Source: Dimorphilus gyrociliatus
Lineage: Eukaryota; Animalia; Annelida
Assembly (NCBI GenBank): GCA_904063045.1
Contig: CAJFCJ010000005.1
Coordinates: 2,123,988-2,187,987, forward strand
DNA length: 64,000 nt
Reading direction: 5' to 3'
A program made the translations under genes and the position numbers. Of the stretch, positions 25,152-40,300 are shown piece by piece; the stretch's first letter is position 1; each line of letters starts with the position of its first letter. Below the pieces are notes generated by a model. It ran no database searches. It saw only the letters and a list, made by a program, of their open reading frames with translations, and was not told where the DNA came from.

Positions 25152-25421
25152 GAAAACCAGTATGTCTCGTTCGAAAATGAAAAAAAAAACAAGGGAAATT
25201 TTTTTTGTTTCGACTATTTATTCGGTTTTTTTACTACAGTCTGAAAACGATTAATGTTTTGTTTTATTATTTCCCGCTTTATCAACTTCCGTTTTGCTCT
25301 AATTGTTACCAGTTTACACAAATATAGGAAGTACAGAAATTGAAGAGTTTCATTCTTTAAAAATTTTTTAAACAATCAGTCTTATCAAAAACTTATCTTA
25401 ATTTGCTAAATTTTATAATTA

Positions 25422-27122
<1,701 letters not shown>

Positions 27123-27186
27123 AACTAGCTATACAATGTATCTAATAAAAAATTAAAACTGCTTTTAATTGTTTACATTTGAGATC

Positions 27187-27196
27187 GAAACGGAAA
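27187..27196 (+). promoter_or_regulatory. ISRE/IRF-E-like element GAAACGGAAA upstream of the IRF-like gene
   Basis: Exact GAAANNGAAA match with a third GAAA at 27200-27203, in the 106-bp WDR13-IRF gap. Confidence 0.4.
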
Positions 27197-27291
27197 GTAG
27201 AAAAATTTATTCTCATAGTAAGTGATAGATGTCGCTTCCTCCACACATAGATTATAAAATAAGCGGGTCAGTTAGTTTCGAAAGGTTTCCT

Positions 27292-27789
27292 ATGAAGAGC
27301 AGAAGACAGTTACCAGATTTTCTAAGAAGCCTCTTAGATAATCAAAGAAGCAATACTGAAAGCGATGTTGTTTGGGTTGATAAGAGCGAAAAAACATTCA
27401 AGATTATTTGGAAAAGAATTCGGAATAATACAAATTCTCATACCATTTATCACTTGTATAGAAATTTTAAAAATAACTCGAAACTACCTCTAAACCAAGC
27501 TAAACGCAACTTTCGATCAGCACTTGACGCCTGTGTACGAGATGGCAAATTAAAGAAACTGAAAGCAAACGAGGGCCAGTGTCGAATGTATCAATTTACA
27601 GACAATAAAAGTATTGAAAAGAACGATTATGTGGAAAAAGACGACATTTCATCAATATTCACAAAAATACCGAAACCTGTTACCGACATGGAAAATTCTT
27701 GTGAGTCATCTTTTGGGGAATCGGAAGATATCTTGTCTATTTTGAGTTGTGAGATTTTCGAAAACTTGAATGATCTTCTGAAAGCCTAA
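27292..27789 (+). CDS. Divergent interferon regulatory factor-like protein (IRF DNA-binding domain only, about 165 aa; alternative upstream ATG at 27229)
   Basis: VVWVDKSEKTFKIIWK, AKRNFRSAL and RMYQF align with IRF DNA-binding-domain motifs; donor GTAAGT at 27218 and acceptor AG at 27274-27275 suggest a 5'UTR intron that removes ATG 27229, leaving MKSRRQLPDFL as an IRF-like start. Confidence 0.75.
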   Translation: MKSRRQLPDFLRSLLDNQRSNTESDVVWVDKSEKTFKIIWKRIRNNTNSHTIYHLYRNFKNNSKLPLNQAKRNFRSALDACVRDGKLKKLKANEGQCRMYQFTDNKSIEKNDYVEKDDISSIFTKIPKPVTDMENSCESSFGESEDILSILSCEIFENLNDLLKA

Positions 27790-27841
27790 AGTACTATTTA
27801 CATTTTTTGGATGCTTAGTGGAATTTTTTCGTTAAGCATCC

Positions 27842-27843
<2 letters not shown>

Positions 27844-27872
<29 letters not shown>
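27844..27872. repeat. T20-A9 homopolymer tract between the convergent IRF-like and MORC 3' ends
   Basis: Read directly: T 27844-27863, A 27864-27872. Confidence 0.9.
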
Positions 27873-27999
27873 CATACTATATACTAATATTATAATAAAT
27901 TTATAATAAACTATTTAATCTATTTCATAAAGAAAACATAAAGTTAGGATATAATTTAATAGTACAAAACAAATTGTAAACATTTTCTCTCCCTATTCA

Positions 28000-30874
28000 T
28001 CATTCATGCTTAACTTGTATTTGTTGTTGATATTGTTCTAATAAGCTCATATAATGTCTTCCTAATTGTTCATTCGAATAGTTTTCTATTCCATTTGTAA
28101 GTCTTGCGAAATGTTCGTCGTCATTGCATAAAACCCTTAAAAAGTCTTTGACTGAATTAATGAGAGAGAGAAATATGTTATTTGTTGTATCTCTTTCTAA
28201 TCTCATGTCTTCGAATTTTTTCTTTAATGATTTGTCATACGTTTGAATGAATTCTTTATGAGGGAAACGAATTAAATCTTGTACAGTTAACCGTTTTATA
28301 TCTTCAGCACTCTGATTCCATTTGGGAGGTCGAAAGTATTCTAAACATTTTTTAAAATTAGAAGCTAGTTTCGTGTTTTCAGATGTATCATCATCAACTT
28401 CGCCAGAGACCACATCAACCTCTGCATCTTCTATACTCGAACTTTTTGTTTTCCTTTTCTTTGTGGCAGAAAAACTATCCATATCGTGATACTGTTGTCT
28501 GTCTCCTCTTCTCTTTGGAATTAATTTGTTCAATTTATTTGAATTGACTAAATCTTCTTTGTCGTTCTCTGACGAATGATGACGAATTCTAGATATTCTT
28601 TCGAAGCATTGCTCCCTCTTATCAGAGAGTATCATGTCCGTATGTGAATTTTCTTCAGCTAACTTTCGTTGATGACGACGGTAGTCCTCCTCTATTTCGT
28701 CAAACGTTGGAATTCGTTGCTTTTTTAGATTGCCGCCATTAACAATTGCGGGAGGATCATCTTTTTTATTACAATTTGCCAGCTGCTTATTTGAATGATT
28801 TCTACATCTCCAATCGTCCCTAACGTCGTCAAACTAAGGGAATTTAAAAGATATAAATGGTCATGGTAAAGAACTTGAACAAACCTTTCCATAAGGGATA
28901 ATTCGCCATTTGAAACAATCGTGGCATTGTATTCTTTTAGGTACTGATAGACATCTTTTTTTAGCTAAATTTGGATCGGGAGCAATGGTCCAGCTTTGCT
29001 TATTTCTTTTATATCCAAACGAGATCCAGAAATCTTCTATATCGTTAGTATCAAAATTCATGTCTTTATAATATTGAATCAATCCGTCAGAAAGCGCTTT
29101 CTGAAGCATTTTAAACTCCTTAGCATCCGCAAAGTCTTGTTTATTGTGAGTTGGTTCCAGTATTTGATAAGGTATATCAACTATTCCGACAATACCTCCG
29201 TAATGTAATGATAATTCGCTTTGGGGTCTATATTTCTGATACATTTTGATAAGTCTGCCACAATTATATATAAAAATCCCATCTTGATATCGATTTTCAA
29301 TCTTCATACCGTAGATAAAAGATATTACTTTTGTTTGTCTCACTGCTTTCTCTAAATTCTGACAGATAATTCGCTTTTCCTTAGCCTCGTCAGCCACCTG
29401 AGATGCTCTAAGTTTTTCCTGTTATTGTTTTCATTTTTAATTTAATACAAATAATAATAATCAACAATCTATGTTATATTGTAGTATAAAGTTACCTTAT
29501 TGATTTCAACATTCAATTCCTTTAAACTTTTATCTGTTTTTTTATTTAAATCGGATATTTTACTATTGATCTCACGCAATAAATTTTCGATACATTTCAA
29601 GTCATTTTGCGCTGATTCTAAATCCTTTAAGGCTTTAACCCTAAATCTATTAGATGTAAAAGTATACATTCGAGGTCTATATAATTCGTGAACGAGAAGC
29701 CGAGATTTTATCTTTCTACCTCTCAAGTAAATTATCATAGTGATTTCATTGTACAATATCGCCAGATAAGATCTAAACGAAACTGTTTCTGGTTTATACC
29801 GCAGCAATTCTTCTTTATCAATGTTGTCAGTTTGACTTTCTGTCCAAGAATTTCCTGATGATATTAAGATATCATTGTTTACAGCTTTAAAATCAAGTTC
29901 TGTGTCCCCATTGTTAAGTAATTTCAAATTGTAAATTGCTACAGCCGTTCCTGAAATGCCTTTTATTTTGTGAAATTGTTTTTCAATGTCTTTTAAAGTT
30001 TTCCAAGGAGAGTAACGAAGTACAACGCCAACTTCGTGATTGTGTACGTCTATAGATTTCGATGGAGGAATGTAGGGTCTGAAACTATCAACTTGGAATT
30101 GAGGCATAGCGACAACAATCTGTTCAAAATATACATTGAGTATTATAAATATTGATCCATTAGACTAAACATGACACTGCCTAGGGAAAATGCAATAGAG
30201 CGTTTCGGCAAAAGAAAATATTTTTAAAACCACATGAATAATAGGAAATTCTTTTTTCTAGCCAATTTCAAAATAGGTTGTTTTTGCATTATAGCAGATT
30301 TAAATCTTATCGATTGTTTATAGAGATAAAAAATAACAATACTATGAACACGCCCATTTATGCAATACAAATTAAACTAAATTAAACTAGTTTTTACTAT
30401 TTGATGAACATTTGCTCTGCTTTTCAGCGAACTTACCTCATTTAGTCCTTCGTTTTCGAGAAACGTTCTTGATAATAATATGACTGAATAAGTATCATCT
30501 TTCTTTGTTAAGAGAATTACATCGTTTGCAATTCTCATAGATCCACTCTTGAGTCCGTTTCCGTACATTCCTATTGAATCTAAATTATGTAATCGCTTTG
30601 AAGATCTTCCAAATTTAATAACATCGGAAACTTCTGTAGGACCGATTCCCTGACCATCATCTATAAACCAGATAATGTTACCTCCTCTTAAATGGTCATT
30701 TTTCTCGACATCGATATTTAAATACTTTGCTCCGGCATCTCTTGCATTGTCCACGATTTCAGCAAGGGCACCAAAGAGGAACTCGTGCGTTGTAGAGTTT
30801 GTGTGTAAATATGAAAAACTTAGTTCTGCTTTGGAAAATCGACTATAATCTGAACTTAGTCTTTCTTTTGGCAT
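28000..30874 (-). CDS. MORC2: MORC family GHKL ATPase with CW zinc finger (MORC2-like, about 800 aa); exons 30874-30437, 30119-29496, 29397-28885, 28832-28000
   Basis: YLHTNSTTHEFLFGALAEIVDNARDA, DDGQG, IGMYGNGLKSGSMRI, LEPTHNKQDFADAKE, CW finger QCHDCFKWR...DDWRCRNHSNKQLANC across intron 28833-28884; coiled-coil-like C-terminus. Confidence 0.93.
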
Positions 30875-30982
30875 TATTTCTTTGCATAAAATTACAGGTC
30901 AAAAGCTAAGAATACAAATTTTTTTTTTTACAAATTCAACAATATATCAAGAATGAACGATGTTATGGTAAACAAAGTAATA

Positions 30983-31034
30983 ATATGGCGTCTTTACAAC
31001 TTCCGAATTGGCGCCCTTGGCTAAGCTTCCGGTA
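30983..31034. promoter_or_regulatory. Putative bidirectional promoter core between MORC and the 31657 gene
   Basis: CpG-containing patch with ATGGCG (YY1-like), ACTTCCG and CTTCCGG (ETS-like) and GGCGCC between divergent start codons. Confidence 0.35.
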
Positions 31035-31656
31035 AAATGAAAATGTTTGTAAAATTTCCTGGAATATTAAATTTTGTTCTAAAAGTTCGTAATTTTTTTG
31101 TATTTTTGATTGATAATTAAGATTTTTGAAAGATAAAACATAATTGGAGTAAAAATTTAAACAAATAAATTAAGAACATATTTAAAAATTTTATCAAGGG
31201 AGAACCAGTCTATTGACAGGCCTGAAAATATCTAAGACTCAAATACATTGTGCAAAAAAAACAGAATTTGATCGACGAACGTTCTGTTCGAATTTTCGTT
31301 CCCGAATTTCTGAAGTACGGATACAGAAAAAAAATTCTTACTTTGAATTTGAATTTTATTGTGAACTAACTCCTTTAAGGTTTGTTGAACACAATCTATA
31401 AGTTTTCTATATAGTTAACATAATCTACATTTTCGAACATTATAGAGAGCAATTGCCTCCAAAACTTTATTTTTTCCCTAATAGTAGCAAACATTTTTTT
31501 TGAGTTTTACAGATTGAAAATTCGAATAGGCAGCTTCGTTATCGTTTGAAGATATTACTACAAATACTTTAACTATCCCAATTAGATTGCAAAATATGAA
31601 CTTAGAGTCGCAATAAATTTCATTCATTTAAAAAAACATGCAATTCTTTTTAGTTT

Positions 31657-34188
31657 ATGAAACCAATAAGAGGTACCGCGTACAATCAATGTACGGGAAA
31701 GAAACGTGGTCTGGTTATAAAACGAGTAAACGTTAGAAGGCTTTCCACTTTTAAAAAAGTTATACGAAGTCTCTTAATCAGTAGTATTTGGGATGGTAAG
31801 GTATTCAGAGAAAAGATGAGAGCAACACAAACTTATCGTCACTTCAATCATCAAATAACTGAAAATATTGACTTGAAACATCTGACTCTTGATCTTAAAC
31901 ACTCTCAATCGGCTATCAACCGAAAAGTATTTCGAAATGCTGTCAAAAAAGTGAAACATAGAGAGCGAAAGATTGGTTTGTTTTCGTCTGTAACTTGCTC
32001 CTAATTAATTGTCTAAACTAATTTAATTTCTTAAAACAGATAGCATGATTCTAAATACAAGTATTATGCGTTTGAAAAGCTTAGGAAAGAATCGCGATTT
32101 CCAAGAGAAATCAAACAAAAATGAGAGTTGGGTGTATGAAGCAGCTGAGAAACCAGCAAACTCTTTTTTGACACATGGAGAAGCGCTTGGTAAATCTGTC
32201 GCTGAGTCTTATCATAAAAATAACAATTTATCGAATGAGAGACCTCTTTTAAAAACATTTTGCATGGCAGAAAATGTTACTCATGAGACTTCAGCTCCTA
32301 ATTCAACACATAACAGAAATGATACGATGACGGAATCCAAATTAAAAATATCCTTGATTGATGTTAATAGATCCATAAAGGAACCAAAAAAGAGCCAAAA
32401 GAAACATGAAAAAGTCGATTTGCAAACACAATACGAAAATGATGAATTTTTAGCTCCTAAAGTTCCCTCAGTGAAACGTCAAATGTCAAGTGGTAAAGTA
32501 AGATATATGAAGCCAGAAATTCCACCTAACCTCTATGAATCTCGAGTTTATGGATTACCAATGTATTTATCATCAAAAAGGTCCAAGAAAGTGATTGAAG
32601 ACGTAAGATTACAACCGGAAGCTATGAAAAAGATGAAGTTGAAGAAGAATGGTTTTGACAGTTGTTCAACATCCAATAATAAAGGTTTTCCAAGAAAACG
32701 TCCTCATAAAGTAAACAATCCGTTTCAGAAATTTAAAAACCTTCTAGAGAATGAATTGGAAATATCTTCCATTTATGGTGATGATGAGACCCTAGTTGAC
32801 ACTGAAGAGGAGCATAGTCAACTGGAAACTATGAAAAATACTGAAAGTCAAGCGATAGAAAGTTCAACCGGAAAGGTTTAGCCATAATGTTTTTAATATT
32901 CCAAGCTAATTAATATATATTTTTTACTCTCAGAGGGAATCTGTCATAGATAGCATTGGAAAAAGCTCCATAGACGAATGCTCCATTCAAGACGAAAAAG
33001 AAATGCCTCAAAGTGTCGAAATCCCATTGAGAATTGTTGAATCAACCGTTCCTGATAATGTTGAAAATTCTGATACCAGCTTAACAGAAAATAAGGAAGA
33101 TATTGAACTGGTCACTTTGGAGAAATCTAATCTCAATGATGCTGAAATTACTCAACAGCCTAGTCCTGTTGTAGAGAGAGTATGTGTGGTATTCTACTGT
33201 CCCGAAACAGGTTTCAATAGTGATTTTTGTTTGCAGATAGCTATTCAGCCGGTTGAAGTTACTGAAAACCATGTGAATATGGTGCAACGCCAGGCATCAG
33301 AATCATCATGTTTGAATGAAAACAAAGAACAGGTAGATTTAATTGTATAGTATGATAGAACAAATACTAAATCTGTCGACCTTAGGCACTTGTACCGAAA
33401 AGAATCGTATCAATCTTGCAGCGAAAAAGTAAACAGGTGATGTTTTGTATTAATTAGCTTTTCAAAAAGCCGAATAGCAATAATGATTATTTATAAAACA
33501 GTCGCAGAGTTTCTCTGTTGTAAAGACGAACGTCCACGATTCGCCAGATCATGAAGTACGAAATGTAACAAGTGTCTGTCCCATGAGATCTCCGACAGTT
33601 GGAGATAATAGGTCATATAGAAGAAGTAGTAATTTCAGACTTGTTACGACTTGTTGTAAGCGAAAATGTTACCAAAGTGTATCTCATGAAGTGCAGATAC
33701 GTGAATTTGAAAGTTTTCAAAGGAAAAATAGTCTGAAACAATTTGATCAAATTTCTGACTACTTGTCTGCTGCCCCAACAAAAACAAAACACCGTCGATG
33801 GAATTATTTTGTATTGTTGGATAGTGTAGAAGGAGTTAGTGTGTGCAGAGCATTTTTAATTCAGATGTTGCAGATATCCTCCTATGCTTTGAGTAAAGTC
33901 CAACAGAAGTTGAAGAAATCTACTAATAAATCAACTTCAATAACTTCAAAATTCGACAGAGTAATTTTAACAAAGAAGTATGCTCCAGTAATAGTGTGTA
34001 AGATGCTTCAAAAATTCTACGATGTTAATGGCATTAATATGACCAACATCATGAGAGTTTTTGGTGGTACTCATAACTTGTATAAATCTTTTGTTGAGTA
34101 CTATGAAAGTGTCATGAATGACAAACCTAAGATTGATATGAAAACTTTTTTTAATAGGTATCGTGATTTTCTACCCAATCGGGAGTGA
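31657..34188 (+). CDS. Spliced hypothetical protein (about 745 aa): basic N-terminus, long low-complexity middle, C-terminal Cys-rich domain resembling the non-catalytic N-terminal part of Sola-type DNA transposases; exons 31657-31975, 32040-32875, 32934-33179, 33237-33332, 33386-33436, 33502-34188
   Basis: GT-AG junctions keep one frame; last exon TTCCKRKC...QISDYL...RRWNYFV...VCRAFLIQMLQIS...NLYKSFVEYYE...KPKIDMKTFF; the Sola resemblance is motif recall, not a database hit. Confidence 0.6.
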
Positions 34189-34354
34189 CTTTTTGTTATT
34201 TGCTAACACAAGTTACATTGTATTTAAAATGTAGAAATTGTAAAAATATATATGCAAATAAATTTTTTGAAAGCAAAAATTTGGATAAAGTTTTAAAAGT
34301 CATCTTCAAAGCTGGCTTTAAACTGAGTTAGGAATACGGGTTTGCAAAATTGGA

Positions 34355-37300
34355 TCATCGCTTGATTGTTCTTCTTGTTATTATGTTTAGCCAATTCGGG
34401 GAATTTACACTTTGGCGACGAGTATAGTTTGGGTTCTACAAAATCGATTTATTTCATTTTATTAAATTTATAATTATAAATTATACTTACTTTTCCCTGT
34501 GCGTCAATTCCTAAGCTAATTTTACAATCTTTTCTGGTTACGTTGTGCTCTAAAGCATCCGAATACTAAACGAAAGTCAAATGAAATCAACAATATATAA
34601 TTAACAAAAAAATTTATATTTACTTGAATATTAAATATTTCGGAGAGCCATGAAAATAAGTCTTCTTCCGTAGCAAATATTACAGTGTTACCAAAGAATG
34701 GTCTATAAATTTGAAAAAGCTATAAATCATAAATTCAAAGTCAGAAATTACGGTAACAAACTTAAATGTTGGATTCTTATCTAATTTATTTAGAAAAGTA
34801 AGTGATCTATATCTTATAGTGTCATAATCTTCTCTAGGTGGTGTCCTATTATATTCAAGACCAACAAATATCATCAGCTGCTCAACAGGAATTTCTAAAC
34901 TTTCATTTGCCTTGAAAAATAAATCAAAACTTGAAATATATTATCTATAATTTTAATGCAATCTTTAAAAAATTACAATTGAATTAGGCATTATTTTAGG
35001 CATTAGACAAGGTGTTGTTATTGATTAAGTAAAATAATCAGAATTTTACATATAAGAACTACAGGAGAAAAAATTAAATACATACATTGGGCATATTCAG
35101 AACTGAGGTTCTATTCTCAACTGCCTATTTAAATATTAAACTATTTAGGGAGGAGAGTATTAACAATTTAAGAAGAGGAAAATTTTAATTCCAAAAGAGA
35201 TAACTGAATTATTTCAAGAAACAAAAGATACTGAGTCAATAGGACATTTTTCTAAGATGTGCAAACATTAATAAGCAAAGCGGATTTATAAACGCTGAAA
35301 AAAAAACAATCAGTCAACGGCATACGTACATTGCGCCATGATCCCTATAAAAGAAACGGTCAGAAAAGCAAAAAAACAATTATTCTAAACGGTCATGCAA
35401 AAGAAAAAATGCATAATGTAACAAAAAAAATTCAAAAAATATAACAATACATTCATCAAAAATCCTTATAAATTAATAAATAGAAAAAGAAATATCTTTT
35501 AACGATAATGAAGTCAATACTGTTACCTTTTGCTTTGTAATTACAAGATTATAATTTCTCAACTCAACAGCTGAATGTTTATACTTATTCCTCTCGTCGC
35601 TGTATAATAATCCTTCGGCAGACAAATATTTTAATCCAGTTTCATTGCGTCTCTAACATAGAAAAGGAACAAAGCTTTGCTATATAAAATATGTACAATA
35701 TATATTAACTATATTTTTACCTTCGGCATTCTTTGATAAGAATAGTTCTCTTTAACACAAATATATGTGTTTTTATTGAACTCATCAGGCCACGAATTAA
35801 TTAAAAAATTATATACTTCTTCGGTACTATGAAAAAAATAGTCTATGGAAAAATAGAATTTTAATAATAATTGATAATAAATTGCTTAATAGAAAATATT
35901 CTTTTACCAAGTTCTCCATTACAAACAATATAGTATAGACCCCATTGAATGTCATTCGTTAAAGCCAATTTACGTTTTACATTGGCTAAAATCTCTCCAG
36001 CTGTCGTTTTACTATGAATCTACAATGAAATAAACCAATTTAATTATATGTTTATCAAAGTATTGCTGTTAACTTCTTACATTTAAAGCTATATCTTCCA
36101 TACTGAATTGACCACGAGCATCAGGTTCTTTATTTTTCAAAACTTTTATAGAAACTTTTATATCAAGGGTATTAACGACTCCCTCCGACGATGCAGCAAA
36201 TTGCATCTTTCTTTTGGCAGCTTCAATTTGTCTTTGCTGAGCTTCAAATTTTTCCAGATCAACCTATACATTTAAATTATATTGTGAGAAAAAGCAAACT
36301 AAACAAAACTAAATACTTACATCGAACAATACATTGAAATTTCCTATAAGGTCTGCAGTAAATTTCATAATTTTGTCATTTAAAAGTGCCTGTTAAAAAT
36401 ATTCGATTAAAAGTCCTTTTAAAAAATTTTCTATTTAAAGAATTATTGTCTTTACTGTATGATCAAACAGAGAAACGCTTATAGCTGTTGATAAGTTCTC
36501 AATATTCATTTTGTTAATATTATCGTACCGGGCAACCCTATTTTTAAAAAAATACGAAAGCAATTATAAAAATTTCCGCCAAAAAAGAATGTTCTCTTTT
36601 ATAGAATAAAAATAGAATGTACTAACTCGTTCAAATGTTGCATAAATTTCTTTAGCGTACTTCTATGAACAATTGGTAATTTTGCAATAAGTTCTTTATA
36701 GCCGTTTAATTTATCAGGTCTCTCTAAATATTTAGAACAGAATTTAGTGCTTGTTCGATTTGTGATGTTTTTTATTGTTATACCAAGTATCTTTAAAACT
36801 TCGTCTGTTTCGAAAAAAATTAGACTAATTGGCAGGCTCCGTAGGAATTTTTTCAGGCAGGATACGACCAGATTACAATCTTCGCTAGATTCGTGTCGTA
36901 AATGAACGGTTGTAGCATCTATATTTTCATTAAATAAGTAATAGAAATATAGAACAGTATGTATAATTTTACCTTTACAAAATTGTTTATACAATTCATC
37001 TACTTGTTTAATAGATCCAGTGTGTCTATAGATTCCTTCCATCTCTAATCCATACTATTCGAAATGATATGAAATCGTTTAGCAATTATTGATAATACAA
37101 CACAAGAGTTATTTAATATAAACAACTTACGGCTGAAATAAAATTGATACACTTTTCAACAATTAAAGGAACGTTGTCTGAAGTTTGTAGATGCTCTTCT
37201 AATAGAGCTTTTGAATCAACTTCTAAGCACGATTTTAAATAATCGTACCAGGCGATAGTGACCTCTGGTGTATTTCCCTGAATATATATAGCAATCTCTG

Positions 37301-40300
37301 GCAAATCTAAAACTATGTGTGACCCGTTCTTAAATACTCCACCACACTGATTTATCTTATTTTCAGCTGATGGTAAATGGTTTACTGAAACATTTTATAT
37401 TTAAATTAGTATCTACAATTCAATTGTAAATTTAAATTTGCATACCTAAGCTTTTTGTTTGAAGTAGATTAAATTTGTCCAAAATTGGATCAGACCCATA
37501 ATCGCAAATGAATAACTCTTTGTTACAAACCTGTAACCAATACATCTTCCAGTCCTGTATGAGTAAGATCATTAGAGTGTTAAAAGCTGCTAAAACGATA
37601 AGAATTCAATTTAAATGCTATTAACCTCATTAACACCTTTATGCGCATAAGCTTGTCCAGCAAAATCAAACAGTTTATTATGAATAGCGGTAGGTCCAAT
37701 AGACTGAAAAAAAAAACAAATATTAAAACATATTCTCATTATTATTCTAACGGTTAAAAAAAGCTTTATACGAACCTGGGCGAAAGCTTGTACCCACAGC
37801 CGATAATCATCTTCACACTCTGCCCCATAGACATAAAATTTATCGCTGTCCATATGTACAATGAATGTTTCGCATCTATCGCTTTTAAATAGATTTGATC
37901 TACCAAGGGCTATAATTTTTGAGACGGAAAATTGTTCCTTAAGGTTACCCTGTATAGGCATAGAAAAATATATAAACGACCAATATTAAGTATGCATATA
38001 TTGAATACCCCTTCATTTTCATATACACTAAAGATGTCGTTTAGAATATTGCACCATCTTTTAGGGCAGTCTACATAGATAAAACAGTAAATGAATATTA
38101 ATAATGTAAAAAAAAAATGAAATTTACCTTGTATTGATTTGGCCCCAGGAAATATTTTATACAGCGTTCCTTGACAAACAATCTTCTTTCTCGTTATATT
38201 TATTTCAGAGGCGTGTTCAGCATCTTGCTGTATATTAATAAAACTTATTGGTAATTGAATATATTCAATTAGAAAAGGGTTTCCAAAATTATCATTCATT
38301 GTAAATATATACAGTTGTCAATATTAAAAGGTCTACAATCTACAATAGTAATTTATAGCAAACAAAGGTTATTAGGTTTTTTAGTATTAACGATAAAAGT
38401 TCAATCAATAATATTACAGTAAAATATTAATTGAAAAAACTAAACTGACTTTTTCGTTTAAATTATAAATAGATATATAAATTCTATATGAGGGCTCAAG
38501 GCTAAATAAATAAATATAGGAACTAAACTATTACTTGCCTGTTCTGTTTCTGATAATGAATTTAAACGTATTAACTCCTAGATTAATGGGAAAAGTATGT
38601 GTAATTAAAGGTTATTATTTACCTAAATTAATTTAATACCTCTTGCAAAGGTTGATGGCATAACTGCGAAATCTCTAGAGCTGTTAATTATAATACAATT
38701 CATTATTTGAAAATGGAATATAGACTGTCTATATATACAGTATATATATAGTAAACTTACCAGTTTTGCCTTGAAATTCACCACTTTTACAGTGATAATT
38801 AAGGTCAGCTCCGCTAAGAATTAATTTAAATGTTTGTCCAACGTCTCTAGTTTGAACACTTTCGCATAATAACTCATTCAAGTTTGATATATTCTTATAA
38901 TCAGATGGTATATAAAGTTTATGAGCATATTTATCAGTAATAAACTGTTGACGCTTCCTGTTATATAAATAGAATTAATTGAATTTGTTGTATAAAGATA
39001 GAAAAGGGGAGCAGAGAGAAAAAAACGTACTCATATGTTAAATCTCCGCTAAATTTGAACATTAATTTAATGTCAGTTGGCAAGTTGGCTTCCAAGAAGT
39101 TGTTGGAGTAATTATTACCAATTCTTTCAAATAATCCAATAACATTAGATGACCATACATATTTATCCAAATTAAGAGCTTTGACCTTATTTATAATAGG
39201 TTAATAATAGTCGTTTATCATTTTTCATTATTTATGTAAATATTAACCTTTGAAATATGACTTCCGAGATGTCTATGAGATCCAGAGCAGTCTAGGCATA
39301 TAGTTATTCCTAAATTGATGGACGCCCACTCAGGATTGATAGAACCGCAATCGGCGCAAATATCGTTTCCTCCAGATTTGTGAATAATACTACAAGCCTA
39401 AGAATTAAAATATTTTAAATATTAACACAAATACATCCATATAACAAAATAGACTATAATAACATTAATATCAACGTTGGCTGTTCCCGTATTTTCATCC
39501 ATATTTGATAGAGCGTCGCTTGTGGCGTTCATTAGAGCTTTATTCCAAGATTCACATTCTGCCGCGTCATCAAAGCTGAATCTAATAAGATAAAATTCTT
39601 TAATTCAACTTCAAATGAACATATTTAACAATAAGAAGCTAACATTAATTCACCACATTCAGGGCTGCGAAGATGTAATTTATTAGAAGTTTGTTTTGTT
39701 GAAACAAGCTTCATATCCATTAAATTAATAGGAGAGCCAGCTTTGTAGTCCTAAGAATAGAATAAAAAACTATCATTATTACCATAATTATTAGAATTGA
39801 TACACTGACTATACAATCATTCATATATAGTCTATACGTACTATTTCAGAGTTGTAGAATGCAAATGTTGTCTTTTTAAGTACAAGATATTTCTTTCCCG
39901 AAAAAATACTCTCCAATCTTGCAAATCCCTGAATATATACAATTTTAATGCATTAATCTTAACGAAAAGGGTATTAATTATTGTATTTGTACATATTTTT
40001 GCCCATTGCGCATTTCTCCTCCTGATACCCAGGGGCCCCAACCTTGCCTTTTATACTCTTCTAATATTCTACCAAGGTCAGTTATCCAAAAATCTCTTAT
40101 TTGACCTGAAAAAAAGATAAACTCTCTTATCTTATCATTCGATTCGAGAATCACTTAAGTATATATTATCTCAAGACTTACGGCCTTTAAGGCTTCCAGC
40201 AGCACCAAAAGTATAACTTCTGTCAACAGTTTGAAAGGAAAAGTAATAAATATCACCATCTATCGCCGATGGCAAAGATTCGAAGTTTTCATATTTTATA

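Noticed and set aside
34977-35003. MPKIMPNSI mini-exon resembling the CBF-beta N-terminus, which could start a separate gene
   Set aside because: The downstream exon aligns with the final ARAP PH domain and joins the upstream ARAP exon in phase; the similarity does not extend
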